From a virus (Duplodnaviria > Heunggongvirae > Uroviricota > Caudoviricetes), in IMG/VR virus record IMGVR_UViG_3300028886_000053: 64,000 nucleotides of DNA. One strand, written 5' to 3'. Below are positions 36,430 to 47,475 of this stretch, in pieces. The notes under the pieces were generated by a model. The model searched no databases. It had not been told where the DNA came from and saw nothing but the letters and a program-made list of their open reading frames with translations. Every line of letters starts with the position of its first letter. Within the stretch, counting starts at the first letter, position 1. A program made the translations under genes and the position numbers.

Positions 36430-37300
36430 CTTTTCTTTTTATACAAAATAAATGTTAAATAATTAACATGCTTGTTTGTTAAATAACTAACAATCAATAG
36501 TTTGTTAGTTAATTAATTAATTAACATACTTTAATACTTTAATACATTAACACTTTAGTGTGTTAAAACATCATCACTTTATCACTTTGACTCTTTATCA
36601 CTTTAGTGTATTGAAGTGTGTTAGATCCTTAACAAGATCGTTTGTTAAATAACTAACGAAGTCAAGTCTGTGAGCGACACTTCAGTCCTTTAGTGCATTA
36701 AAGTGTGTTATTTTTTTAACAAGTTTAGGACTGTGCCACATTAACACTTTACCGCATTGAAGTGTGTTAAATTTTTAACAAAGAGTGGCGAGTAAGCGAT
36801 TGTTAAATTATTAACACTTAAATAACCGTTTCCAAGTAAATACAAAATAAGTGTTAAAAGTTTAACACACTCTGGTGCTTGATCACTTCACCGTGATGAA
36901 GTGTGTTAAACTTTTAACACTTAAATAACGTTTGTTATGAATTGAAGGATTAAGTGTGAAATTTTTAACAAGGTCTGGCTCTGTGAAAAATTTCACAATC
37001 ACACTTCTGAACCAAAACTCGGCTCAGACCGCCGCGCCTGAGCCGATGAAAAATGAGAGGGTATTTTCAAAAGAGAGGAATTTTGTTGGGACTAGACTAC
37101 GCGGCGTTCACCTAAAATTTTTCTCTCTCTACGTAACGTACCTAAAAACTTTTCGGGGGGGTAATATTTCGGGATAATCTGTGAAAAATTTCACAAAATG
37201 GTTTGCCCTCGACATTCCCGACACCCCAAATTTTTAAAAAACTAAATAACGGCAACTCCTCGACCCCAAATTTTTTAAAAAATAAAAACGACATCCCAAA
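36430..37300. repeat. ORF-free iteron/palindrome array (candidate origin of replication or centromere-like site)
   Basis: At least 9 copies of the inverted-repeat unit GTGTTAAA-N-TTTAACAC and variants. Perfect palindrome TGTGAAAAATTTCACA twice. GC hairpin CGGCTCAG-ACCGCCGCGC-CTGAGCCG. Three tandem CCCAAATTTTTTAAAAAA repeats at 37215-37300. Confidence 0.5.
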
Positions 37301-37304
37301 TTTT

Positions 37305-37841
37305 TTAAAAATCAGGAAAATCTTCCTCTTTCATTTCCTTAAAAATTTTATCAATATCAAAATATCTTCCTGTCTTAACAACCCTGTCCATCTCAAATAT
37401 ACAGTGACTACCGTCATTGGTTAATCCCACCAAAAGATTACCTACAGTTACTTTTGTAACAACAAAGATTATTCCCCCTTGTGTTTTTACTTCATCCCCA
37501 ACCTTAATCTCATCATCTGCCTTCTGCTTCTCTTCGTAGGCTTTCAGTTTGGCGATTGCTTCAGCAGCAGAGATTTTCCCAAACAAATCCTCTTTGTATT
37601 CATTGAACACTTCCCAATACGGAGGGCTTGTCATTTCTATAATCTTCCTTGCTGCCTCCCATGCATCATCAAGTCCTCGCTGATAAGCATCATCTTGCAA
37701 ACTGCCGTAATGCTCGTTGATGTAGTCGGAGTTGAGTTCTTCTAAATCCTCCAATGGCTGAATCATGTACCCATCACCGAACAACATTGCGTATTTCGGT
37801 GTATATCCGATAACGTCATCTGAATCTATAATGTACTTCAT
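37305..37841 (-). CDS. hypothetical protein
   Basis: ORF track, 178 aa. Confidence 0.5.
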   Translation of the reverse strand: MKYIIDSDDVIGYTPKYAMLFGDGYMIQPLEDLEELNSDYINEHYGSLQDDAYQRGLDDAWEAARKIIEMTSPPYWEVFNEYKEDLFGKISAAEAIAKLKAYEEKQKADDEIKVGDEVKTQGGIIFVVTKVTVGNLLVGLTNDGSHCIFEMDRVVKTGRYFDIDKIFKEMKEEDFPDF

Positions 37842-38496
37842 GTCTCGCTCCCTTCCGCTTCTACAAACCGTGTCTGACTAGGGTAGATATTAAATGTGCA
37901 ATTACGGCAGTTTTTGATCGTTACCTGTGCGGGAAAGCCGTCATAGGCATCTGCAAGTTTTTCGACCTGCTCCGTTGCCTCTTCCATGCCCTCTGTTTCT
38001 ACTCTGAGTGTGTATTTACCTTCCATCTGTCTCTCCTTCTGCTTATCTCAATTTCCACCAAATCGCCACCAATATTGCGATATTAGCCACTGAACACGTT
38101 GCGGTTATAAATATATTGATTTCTGTTGCGCTCATGTCTCTCCTTCCGCTTCCGAATTTCCTTTCTTAATCGTAGGCCGCCCTAACCAAAACCCACAAAC
38201 ACTTCGCTAATTGCTTATAAAACACATCCACCTCTTACATCTGCCATAATACCATTCATAAAAGATACAATTATCACAGCACTTTGTTTTATTATCTCTC
38301 TTTAAGCTGTTCATTAACTGCCTCCATTTGTTCTTCCCCAAATGAAATCTCAACCAATGGACAATCTTTATACTGACTCTTAAAGTCAGGATAATTATTA
38401 CTGTACATCAATTTACAATCATACGTAATCTTATCCATAAATGGACATTTATAACATTCCTTAGGTTTATCCCTTGGTACTATATAACTCATTTTA

Positions 38497-38973
38497 TCAC
38501 TTCTCCCCCTCCTTATAAAATTCCGGCAATGGCATCCACCAATCAACAAAACTTATACCTGCTCTTTCTAAACTTGGTGTTATTATCCATCCTTTTTCAT
38601 CAGTCCATCTATGCAATTTTCCATATGATGCCACAAATATTACTCCTGCTAATGTTTTACACAAAACATCTTTATCTTCCTCTGGTAGTTTCTCTGTCAC
38701 TGGTATCCAACGCGATTCAGCATCCTCTTTCTTCTCTGCCCATGAACAAAAATCAAGTTCGCCAATCGGGCTATGGTCAAACTTCATACAAATCCTACTG
38801 TCACCACTTGCAAATTTACACTCACGACACCGTATGATTTCGGGCTGTGCGGATGGCAAGTTTCTAATCTTGATTTCTAACGCTATTTGGTCGGCTCTGA
38901 ACTCAAAACAATTAAAGTTGTCAATTACATCAATCGCCGCCTGTCTGCTAATCGTGTCATCCATCCTGTTCAC
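38497..38973 (-). CDS. hypothetical protein
   Basis: ORF track, 158 aa. Confidence 0.45.
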   Translation of the reverse strand: MNRMDDTISRQAAIDVIDNFNCFEFRADQIALEIKIRNLPSAQPEIIRCRECKFASGDSRICMKFDHSPIGELDFCSWAEKKEDAESRWIPVTEKLPEEDKDVLCKTLAGVIFVASYGKLHRWTDEKGWIITPSLERAGISFVDWWMPLPEFYKEGEK

Positions 38974-39229
38974 CTCTCATGTCTGCTCCGCAGTTCGGAC
39001 AAAAATTTGGCTCATAATCTAACTCAATATAATCTATCGAATGACAGAAATCATCAACTGCAACCCCGCATTTGGAACAAGCAATACCGCACTGTGTTTC
39101 TGAGCCTATCCATTTTCCTACTATCCTTTTTGACTCCGTGTCTGCTCTCCCCTGCATACATCCTCTTTCATATGCTTCTTCTTTATCTTTTCTATAAGCT
39201 CTATCTGCTTCTAATGTTTCGTTAATCAT
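38957..39229 (-). CDS. hypothetical zinc-ribbon protein
   Basis: ORF track, 90 aa. CGIACSKCG...CPNCG. Confidence 0.45.
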   Translation of the reverse strand: MINETLEADRAYRKDKEEAYERGCMQGRADTESKRIVGKWIGSETQCGIACSKCGVAVDDFCHSIDYIELDYEPNFCPNCGADMRGEQDG

Positions 39230-39426
39230 TCAATCACCTTTTCATATGTCTTCTCAAAAATATCAGGCTTGCAAGGATACTGTTCACCGTTTACCCCTGT
39301 AATGATATAGTCACCGACAGAAGCGTGCATTGTTCCTTCAAGTGTCTCAATATCCATTTCTTTATTAGTTTGATACGCTTCAATAATCACTGGTTTCTTT
39401 CTATATTTAGCCATTTCTCCACCTCT

Positions 39427-39837
39427 TTAAAAATATCTCCAATTTCCAGGTATAACAAGAGGACAAGATGAGATCTTATTTATCCTATCCCAATAATCTC
39501 TTGCAAATTCTTGATTAATCTTATTTAATCTTTCAATCTCTTCTTTTAATTCTTTATTCTCATCAACCAGTTGACAAATTTTTTCATTCTTTTTCCCAAC
39601 CACGAGTTTTTCATTAATAAGATTTAATTCTTCTTGAATTGATTCAAATTCTTCTTTATTAGTATTTTTTACTTTAGTAATATCATATCCTAAATTATCT
39701 AATTTAGTCTCAATCTTTTCTATATCATATTTAAATTCCTTAAAATATTTTTTTACTGCCTTCTCAATACAATATCTAAAAAAACAAAAACAAATAATTA
39801 ATATAACTATAAAACCTATCCAATCTACTATTTTCAT
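39427..39837 (-). CDS. membrane-anchored coiled-coil protein
   Basis: ORF track, 136 aa. N-terminal TM helix, then heptad-like K/E-rich sequence. Confidence 0.45.
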   Translation of the reverse strand: MKIVDWIGFIVILIICFCFFRYCIEKAVKKYFKEFKYDIEKIETKLDNLGYDITKVKNTNKEEFESIQEELNLINEKLVVGKKNEKICQLVDENKELKEEIERLNKINQEFARDYWDRINKISSCPLVIPGNWRYF

Positions 39838-40309
39838 TTTTTACTCCTTTCCCCAAAAAGAAACCCCAAAAGCAATAAGTATAACCCCAAATAATAAAAA
39901 AATAAAAGAACCATTTTGGGTATACAAATATAAATCTATACAACCTAATATAAAATCCCAAATTGCTAAAATATAATTCATGCGGCCGGCGGTCACACGA
40001 CGATTTATCTAGTTAAATCTAGATTTAATCGGGCTCCCGCATCTCCTTTCTATTTTCTACTCTTGTTTATCACTTCGTCATTTCATCAATTTCTTTATCA
40101 GTTGGTATTACACCTACAATACCGTCAAATAATCTTGTTAAAACAAGATACCAGAAAACTGCAATTGTAAGTACACCAGAGATACACATGGTTACAAGTA
40201 AAACTGATAATACAATATTAGTAATTGATTCCATATTTATTTTCCTTTCTATCTTATTTCTCTTTTGTTAATAACGTACTTTTTTTAAAGGCAAATGAGG
40301 AGAAGAAAC

Positions 40310-40681
40310 CTATTTTGCAGGATTTTCTTTCTTTTGATATTTTCCACAAATCTTTTTATTATTAGCAAACATACTTTTTCTTTCTTCACAATAAAAAATA
40401 GATGGGGCAGAGTAATATTTACAAGATTTACATGTTTTCTTTTCTTTTGACTCTAGTTTAGTAACTGTTTCAGCATTAATATTGCCAGTAGCATTTCCAT
40501 TAATAATAACTACCTGGTCTGCTTTTATATTTCCTACTACATTGCCATATACAATTACAGTTTGAGCCTTAATATTACTATTAATATTACCACGGCTTTT
40601 TAAAATATATGTTCCATCTTTAATATCTCTCTCAATTCCTTCAATAGGAATACCATAAAGCATTGGAATTAAATCTACCAT
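40310..40681 (-). CDS. bactofilin-like beta-helix repeat protein with C-terminal Cys4 motif
   Basis: ORF track, 123 aa. Repeats GN[IV]..... (VIVYGNVVGNIKADQVVIINGNATGNINAE), then CKSCKYY...CEERK. Confidence 0.4.
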   Translation of the reverse strand: MVDLIPMLYGIPIEGIERDIKDGTYILKSRGNINSNIKAQTVIVYGNVVGNIKADQVVIINGNATGNINAETVTKLESKEKKTCKSCKYYSAPSIFYCEERKSMFANNKKICGKYQKKENPAK

Positions 40682-40761
40682 TTCTTTTCTCCTTTTCCAT
40701 TTCTATAAATATAATACCATTATTTTTTTAAAAAATCAAATAAAAATCTTTTGGACGAAAC

Positions 40762-40790
40762 TTGACAACCAAAAATTTTTTTGGTATAAT
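40762..40790 (+). promoter_or_regulatory. promoter at the start of the plus-strand late operon (TTGACA-N17-TGGTATAAT, extended -10)
   Basis: TTGACA at 40762-67, TATAAT at 40785-90. SD AGGAG and ATG 40824 follow. Confidence 0.6.
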
Positions 40791-40823
40791 AAGACATAAG
40801 GATGAGAGAAAGGAGTTCCTATA

Positions 40824-42044
40824 ATGCAAGAAAAAGAAGATAACGTTATTCCTACTGAAGATGACGCTGTAGATACACAAGAGTTAAAACTTGATTATAC
40901 GATCTAGTCACCAGTGGAACGTAATGAATTAGTAAAAAAGATTGTAGAATCCTTACCTCCCTAGAAGTTAACGAATAGATACTTAGAAATATTAGCGGAT
41001 TATATTATATTTGCAAAAACGAAAGAATAGAGAAAAAAACAAGAGTCTATTAATACTGAAAATAGAATGATAACAATAAATAAACGGTAGACTTCATTTT
41101 AGGGACTAGTAGGAAAATTTGAAAATGGAGAAGATGGAGTATATAACTTATTTACAGAAGATAAGAACATTATCTTTACTCCAAAGATTTCAATTACAGA
41201 AGAAGATTTGGCGGAGATTCCAGCCTTACGAGAATTACGTGCAGCTATTGAAGAGGTTTAGAAACTTTAGAAAACAGCTCGTGGTAAACGTAAATATCTT
41301 CTTAAAAAACAAATTATTTAGATGCGGCAAGATCAGTATGTTATTAAAACTTCTTATAAACAACCGATCTTTTGTCTTAATGCCGTAAAAAATTTCAGTT
41401 CAATGAGTTTTGAAGATAACATTTCTATATCTCCAGATGGAAAAATAAAAGATAAGAGTTTAATATCTTTTATAAATCCTAAACATATCTCTGCTCTATT
41501 GAGAAATTATTCCCGATTAAAAGAAGATTGTTATGGAAAATTTTATACTGATGGATATTATATGATGGAAGTTTTAGATGAATTAGTGGACAAAGCTTTA
41601 AAAGAAAAATATCCTCTTTATTATAGTTTATTGATATATAAAATAGATGGGAAGTCTAATTTAGAAATTCAAAAACTATTAGAAGAAGAACATGGAATAA
41701 GACATTCAGTTGAATATATTTCTTCTCTTTGGCGAAATAAAATTCCAAAATTAATTGCAGAACAGGCCGAAATTGATTTTTTACATTGGTATTATTTAGA
41801 AAAAGAAAAAGGGAAATGGAAAAAATGTTCTCGATGTGGAGAAGTAAAATTAGCGCATAATAAATTTTTTTCTAAAAATAATTCTAGCAAAGATGGATTT
41901 TATTCAATCTGTAAATAGTGCAGAAATAAAAAGAAACGCATAACTCCTAAACCAGAAATTATAAAATATAGAGAAATTGAAAACGGAGTTGTAGTAAAGG
42001 AGGAGATATGGCGAAAAAGAAATGTAGCAAATGTTAGCGAGTAA
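40824..42044 (+). CDS. hypothetical late protein, TAG-recoded (about 9 in-frame TAG), C-terminal CxxC...CxxC zinc ribbon, ends TAA
   Basis: Single frame from ATG 40824 (frame 0) through standard-code fragment 41322..41918 to TAA at 42042-44. The C-terminus is CSRCGEVKLAHNKFFSKNNSSKDGFYSICK-Q-CRNKKKR. Confidence 0.5.
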
Positions 42045-43225
42045 TGGAGGATTTAAAATTTTATTCTAAAAAAAACGGAGATAAATTTGATATGTGCAAG
42101 TAGTGTTTAACTATGCACGTTGATAATTATAATGAAGATACTTTTTTATGGATAATAGAATAGGCAGATCTTCCTTGGGTACCTAGCGAATGGAACGCTA
42201 TTAGATAGAAATAGTATGCCAAAAAAGGCAGAAAAATGAATGGAATGAGTGTTGTCGGAAAATATTTTTCCAAAATGAGGTTAAATCAATGGAAGAAATA
42301 TAATTGGGCAACGAGTGCGGAAGCACAAGAGGAAGCTAATCTTAACAAGTAGTTTAAAGAAGAGCAACAAAAACAATTAGAGTAGAAGTTAAAAGAAGAT
42401 TTTGAAAAGGGTTAGATTACTTAGTCACAATATCGAACTTTAGTTTCTTCTAGTTTTCAGAAGTAGCATTAGTATATGATGCGGCCGGCCGGTTAGGAAG
42501 AGGACCCGGTTGGTAAAGATAATGCCTTTAGATAGGAATATTTCTTATCGGAAGAGGATTTACCCGATCCCGCAGCTGAATTAACAAAAGAAGATAAACA
42601 ATATTTGGCAATGAAATGGGGTCGAAATTATAAACCTAGTCAATGGTTATTGCTTGAAACCAAGTACACCGAAATGATGAATTCATTTGACATTCAGGAT
42701 GCAGATAGTAAAAATACATTAATGTTTATTTGTAAAACATATTTAAAAATGGATGAAGCAATTGATATAGGTGACGTTGAAAGTTATCAAAAACTATCCC
42801 GTGTCTATGATCAGTTACGTAAGTCTATGAAAGTAACGGCCGCGCAAAAGAAAGAAGAGAATAATTAGTTTATAGATTCAGTTGGCTAGTTAGTTGCCTT
42901 TTGTTAGAAACATGGACATGTGATACCTGAATTTTAGATAAAAGCTCCTCATGATATAGTTGATAAAGTCATAAATGATATGAAGGGTTATAATAGATCT
43001 TTGATTTATGAAGACAAAGCCCTTGCTAGACAAATCGAAGATTATATTAAAGAAGCGCGTGCGGCAGCTGCTAGAAAGAAAGACCGAGAATAGGCTAAGA
43101 AGAGAGGCTAGGATTATTATACAATTACAGATAAAGATATTTTAGATTATAAAGACTTCCTTCATAGTGAAAAAATATGGACAGAAAAAGAAATGAAGGG
43201 AGAGGATAACAATGAGTCTTAGTAA
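42008..43225 (+). CDS. late protein with N-terminal zinc ribbon, TAG-recoded (about 19 in-frame TAG). Possible terminase small subunit by position.
   Basis: ATG 42008 (SD AAGGAGGAG), MAKKKCSKC-Q-RVMEDL...DMCK-Q-CLTMHVD. The frame includes fragment 42605..42868 and ends TAG-TAA at 43220-25. It immediately precedes terL. Confidence 0.4.
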
Positions 43226-43560
43226 TATTTTAGATCAATATATTTAGCATGACACTAAAAAACAAGGTTTATCTGAAGAAAGGCTTCTTGATCAATTAGA
43301 CAATCTAAGATATTTAATTAGTTTTTTTAGAAAATATCCTGACCTTTTGGTAGACTATATGAAAGGACCAGATAGTACCTTCCATTTTTATTTTTATCAA
43401 AGAGTTTTCCTTAGAATAGTTATGCGGCACCGATACGTTTATGCAACGTTTCCGCGTGCTTACTCTAAATCATTTTTGTCAATGATGGCATTAATGTTGA
43501 GATGTATATTATATCCTGGGGCGCAATTATTTGTTACTACTGGTGGTAAAAGTATTATTT
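43212..43560 (+). CDS. terL: terminase large subunit, exon 1 (ATPase N-terminus with P-loop-like ATFPRAYSKS)
   Basis: Frame from ATG 43212 includes fragment 43347..43565 (MKGPDSTFHFYFYQRVF...ATFPRAYSKSFLSMMALM...VTTGG). The exon end is approximate. Confidence 0.55.
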
Positions 43561-44597
43561 TATAATTTTATAAAAAAGGGAGGAGCATTATGAGTGCAAA
43601 AAACGTCCTATATAATTTTGAAACGATTGATACAGAGGAAAAAGCTTATTGGTTAGGTTTTTTATATGCAGATGGTTCAGTTGGGTCTAAAGATGACCGA
43701 ATTGAATTAGGTTTAGCAGAAAGAGATTTTCATCATATTGAAAAATTTAGAGATTTTATTGGTATAAATAATAAAATTTCTTATCGAGAAAAAACAAAAT
43801 CATATCGTTACGCTTTTAAAAGTCAAAATTGTAAACAAGATTTAATTAGACAAGGATGTGTTCCTAAAAAATCTTTAGTTTTAAAATATCCTACTTATGA
43901 GCAAGTTCCTAAAGAATTAAGTAGACATTTTATTAGAGGGTATTTTGATGGAGATGGATGGTTTACAAACACAGAATCTTGTTTTCAAGTGGGAATTATT
44001 GGAACAGAAGATTTTATTAGGGGATTCCTTAATAATATAGATGATATAAATAAAGATAATAAAATATTTATTTGTCATCGAGAAGAAGGAGCTAAAAGAT
44101 ATGTTTTTGGAGCTTATCAAGATGTTTTAAATTTTTTAAATTGGATTTATCAAGATGCAACAATTTATCTTGATAGAAAATATGAACATTATTTAGATTT
44201 TATAAATAATGGAAGTAAATATCATAAAAATATAAAATAAAATTTGCCGTATAATATAGAAATATATTATATGATTATCGCGGAATTAAGCGGGAAGGCT
44301 GAAATGCTAATCTGAACCGAAGGCTAGTTAAAAAACTGGTCAGGGGCAACGCGTAGGAGGTGAAAAGATATAATCCTCCCAAGAGGCCGCGACACAAAGA
44401 TTTATAGAATCTTTTGAGATTATCTCACCAATAATCAAACCTAACGTTAAAACGAGGGTGAAAATGTACGCTGAGCTTACATGAATTAAAAAATGTAAGA
44501 ATTAAAGGATAAAAAACCTTTAAGATAACAAAACTGAAATAGCAGGCGGCTAGTATTACCGTGGCAAAGATAGAATAGATATGTAAGTTAATACCAG
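43561..44597 (+). other. group I intron 1 in terL carrying a LAGLIDADG homing endonuclease ORF
   Basis: An intact standard-code ORF is followed by a GC-rich structured core (gggaaggctgaaatgc...gtcaggggcaacgcgtaggagg) in an AT-rich gene. The terL frame resumes at about 44598. Confidence 0.5.
43590..44240 (+). CDS. LAGLIDADG homing endonuclease (two-motif, intron-encoded)
   Basis: ORF track, 216 aa. Motifs LGFLYADGSV and FIRGYFDGDGWF. No TAG. Confidence 0.75.
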   Translation: MSAKNVLYNFETIDTEEKAYWLGFLYADGSVGSKDDRIELGLAERDFHHIEKFRDFIGINNKISYREKTKSYRYAFKSQNCKQDLIRQGCVPKKSLVLKYPTYEQVPKELSRHFIRGYFDGDGWFTNTESCFQVGIIGTEDFIRGFLNNIDDINKDNKIFICHREEGAKRYVFGAYQDVLNFLNWIYQDATIYLDRKYEHYLDFINNGSKYHKNIK

Positions 44598-44880
44598 CTT
44601 TAAGTAATTAGATAAACTGGAATCGTGGTGTATCTAAAAAATCTAAGGATGATGTTAATTATGTATTTAAAAATGGTTCCGTTATAAATATCTTGGCTGC
44701 TAAAGAAAGCAGTAGAGGACAAAGACGTACTGGTGGATTAATGGAAGAATGTGTTTTAATTGACCAGACGGCTTTAAACGAAATTATTATTCCTACTACA
44801 AACGTAGATAGATTACTACCAGATGGAACACGACATAAAGAATAGATTATTAATAAGTCACAGATTTACATTAACTTTTT
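44598..44880 (+). CDS. terL: terminase large subunit, exon 2
   Basis: Frame reads ...VFKNGSVINILAAKESSRGQRRTGGLMEECVLIDQTALNEIIIPTTNVDRLLPDGTRHKE-Q-IINKSQIYINFFEQS with one TAG. Boundaries approximate. Confidence 0.45.
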
Positions 44881-45949
44881 TGAACAAAGCGTTATAAAAA
44901 TATGTGCTTAAAAATTATATATAATAGAACAAAAAAAGGAGGTTCTATTATGTATTATATTTATAAAATAGAAAATTTACAAAATCATAAAAAATATATT
45001 GGATTAACTAATAATATAGCAAGAAGAAGAGCTAGACATTTTACTGATTTAAGATGTAATCGACATGATAATGGTTTTCTTCAAAAAGAATTTAATATTT
45101 ATGGAGAAAATAATTTTTCTTTTGAAAAAATTTTTGAAGGAGATATTACAGAAAAAGAAATAGGAGAGAAAGAAAAAGAGTTTATTAAATTATATGATAG
45201 TTATAGAAATGGGTATAATCAAAATGAAGGTGGAAATTTTGGACCGTCTAATGGTGGAAGTCATTTAACGCAATCGGATATTTATAATATTTGTTCTGCA
45301 TTAGAATTTTGTTCTAGACCAGGAGGCGTGCTATCAGATATGTTTGAAGTTTCTTTAACTACTATTTCTAGAATAAAACAAGAAGTAAACCATAATCAAT
45401 ATATAAATGAATATAAAAATATGTCTTTAGAAGATCGAAAAGCTATATATAAAATATTTTGTGAAAGTTCTAATTTTTATGAAAAGAAAATTAAACAAAC
45501 TATTATAAAGTCTAAAAGACAGCTTACGAAACAGCAGGTTTTTATGATTTTATATAATTTTGAAAATAAAGTTGTTACTTACAAAAAAATGGCAGAAATT
45601 GTTGGAGTAGCAAGCACATATACTTTAGATTGTATAAAAAAAGGATTAACCTATAAAGATTATTCTTATGAATATAATCAACTTAATAACGAAGAAAAAC
45701 AAAAAATAGTGTCGTTATTCAGTAATGAATAATTGTAAGCCATTGAATTGCTGGGAACCCCTTATTAAAAGGGCAATCAGCAGCCAAGCTCTTTATAAGA
45801 GAAGGTTCAACGACTATCCTGAAAGGGAGTACACTCAAGCGAGTGGAAGCGGTGGCCCCCTACTTGAAAAAGAGGGTGAAGATATAGTCTACTCTGCATG
45901 TATATATAAAGATGCAGCAGTTCATAAGAGAACGCATATAGTTTAGCGA
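44881..45949 (+). other. group I intron 2 in terL carrying a GIY-YIG homing endonuclease ORF
   Basis: A HEG ORF is followed by a structured segment (gggaaccccttattaaaagggc...gagtggaagcggtggccccc). The terL frame resumes near 45950. Confidence 0.45.
44950..45732 (+). CDS. GIY-YIG homing endonuclease (intron-encoded)
   Basis: ORF track 44902..45732. The likely start is ATG 44950 after SD AAAGGAGG. Motif YYIYKIENLQNHKKYIGLTNN...R...H...E. No TAG. Confidence 0.7.
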   Translation: MYYIYKIENLQNHKKYIGLTNNIARRRARHFTDLRCNRHDNGFLQKEFNIYGENNFSFEKIFEGDITEKEIGEKEKEFIKLYDSYRNGYNQNEGGNFGPSNGGSHLTQSDIYNICSALEFCSRPGGVLSDMFEVSLTTISRIKQEVNHNQYINEYKNMSLEDRKAIYKIFCESSNFYEKKIKQTIIKSKRQLTKQQVFMILYNFENKVVTYKKMAEIVGVASTYTLDCIKKGLTYKDYSYEYNQLNNEEKQKIVSLFSNE

Positions 45950-47030
45950 ACTATATGGAATACAAGGAACAACGGCGGGTTGGAAGAATTCATTTGCGTA
46001 TGACAAATTAATAGAACTTTTAATTAGAAGTTTAATATAGCCTGATGAAGTTATGATAATGGGAGGAACTTATGAGACTCCTATTATTGAAGGATTGTTA
46101 AATGAAGACTTTGTATAGCAGTTAAAAATGGCTGGCACTTTCAATGAAGATTCATTTGATAGATAGTATAGAAGTATATGGTCGGGCGATGCAGAAAATG
46201 CGTTCTTCTCTGCCTAGAAATTTGACAAGTATAGAACACTTAGACAACCGTAGTACGAATATAGCGGCCGCACCAGTAAAAATGCTTACTATGTCATTGG
46301 AGTTGATGTAGGTCGTATTGGATGTACAACCTAGGCCTGTATTTTTAAGGTGACGCCGCAACCTCAAGGAGTTGCATTGAAGTCTCTTGTAAATATATAT
46401 ACTTATGAGGCATAGCATTTTGAATAGCAAGCTATAAATATTAAGCAACTGTTTTATAGATATAAAGCTAGATCAATTGCATTAGATACTAATGGTCTTG
46501 GAATAGGTCTTTTAGACTTTATGGTAAAGGCCCAGGAGACACCAGATGGATAGTATCTTCCACCTTTTGGTATTTAGAATGATGATTAGGGTATTTATAA
46601 GAAATATTTTAAAGGTGTAACAGATGTTCAAAAAGATGCTATTTTCCAAATTAAAGCTAATGCTCCTATTAATACATAGGCATATTCATTTGCTCAGACT
46701 CAAATGTCAAGTGGGAAGATTAAATTTTTAATTGATGAAGCAGAAGCAAAAGCTAAGTTAATGGAAACTAAACAAGGTCAAAACATGACGCCTGATAAGA
46801 GAAATGAGTATTTGAAGCCTTTTGTTCTTACTACTATTTTAAGAGAACAAACATTGAATCTCGTTGAAGATAACGAAGGTGTTAATATTATTTTAAAACA
46901 AGAGAATAGAGGTATTAAAAAGGATAAATTCTCTTCTTTTGTTTATGGATTATATTATATTAAACAATAGGAAGATAGAAGAAAAAAGAGAAAAGGAAGA
47001 GATATTAGTAAACTTCTCTTATTTTCTTGA
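45950..47030 (+). CDS. terL: terminase large subunit, exon 3 (RNase H-like nuclease domain), about 14 in-frame TAG
   Basis: Frame contains YYVIGVDVGRIG, DTNGLGIGLLD and KFLIDEAEAKAKLMETK, and includes fragment 46704..46970. If the TAG at 46968 is read as sense, the protein ends at TGA 47028-30. Confidence 0.55.
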
Positions 47031-47103
47031 GGACATTTTTTGAAAAGAAAAAATTATATTTTTTTAAATATAAATGTAAAACAGAAAGGAGAAATATATT
47101 TTT

Positions 47104-47463
47104 ATGAGAAGTTCACGAGCAGAAATAAAGATAGAAGAAATTTTGTCAAATGCAGGTCTTAACTTTAAAGAAGAGTATAGTTTTCCTGACTTAATAGGAC
47201 AGGGAGGTCATGCCTTAAGGTTTGACTTTGCTGTCTTTGATGATGATGATGAATTGGAATTTTTGATTTAGTATCAGGGAATCCAACATTATAAAGCAAA
47301 AAGTATCTTTGGCGGCGTTTCTGGGCTAAATAAGCAACAGTATTATGATATGCAGAAACGTTAGTATTGTAAGAAGCATGGGATTAAATTAATCTTAATT
47401 CCGTATTGGGACGAGAATTTAATTACATATGATTACATTATGGAAAAAGCGGATATTTTTTGA
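47104..47463 (+). CDS. DUF559-type (Vsr/restriction-endonuclease-like) nuclease, 2 in-frame TAG. One TAG sits at the conserved IE.DG glutamate.
   Basis: MRSSRAEIKIEEIL...YSFPDLIGQGGHALRFDFAVFDDDDELEFLI-TAG-YQGIQHY...YDMQKR-TAG-YCKKHGIKLILIPYWD matches the DUF559 pattern (ILDFYCPE..LAIELDGSQHY...YDQRR..WL...GI.VLRF). Confidence 0.55.
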
Positions 47464-47475
47464 TGAAAGGTTAAG

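Noticed and set aside
43590-45732. LAGLIDADG and GIY-YIG ORFs as independent free-standing genes between two terminase genes
   Set aside because: The terminase frame fragments on both sides belong to one TerL (ATPase N-terminus before, nuclease domain after). Each HEG is followed by GC-rich structured RNA. Intron insertion in a single terL is the simpler reading, though splice sites were not mapped.
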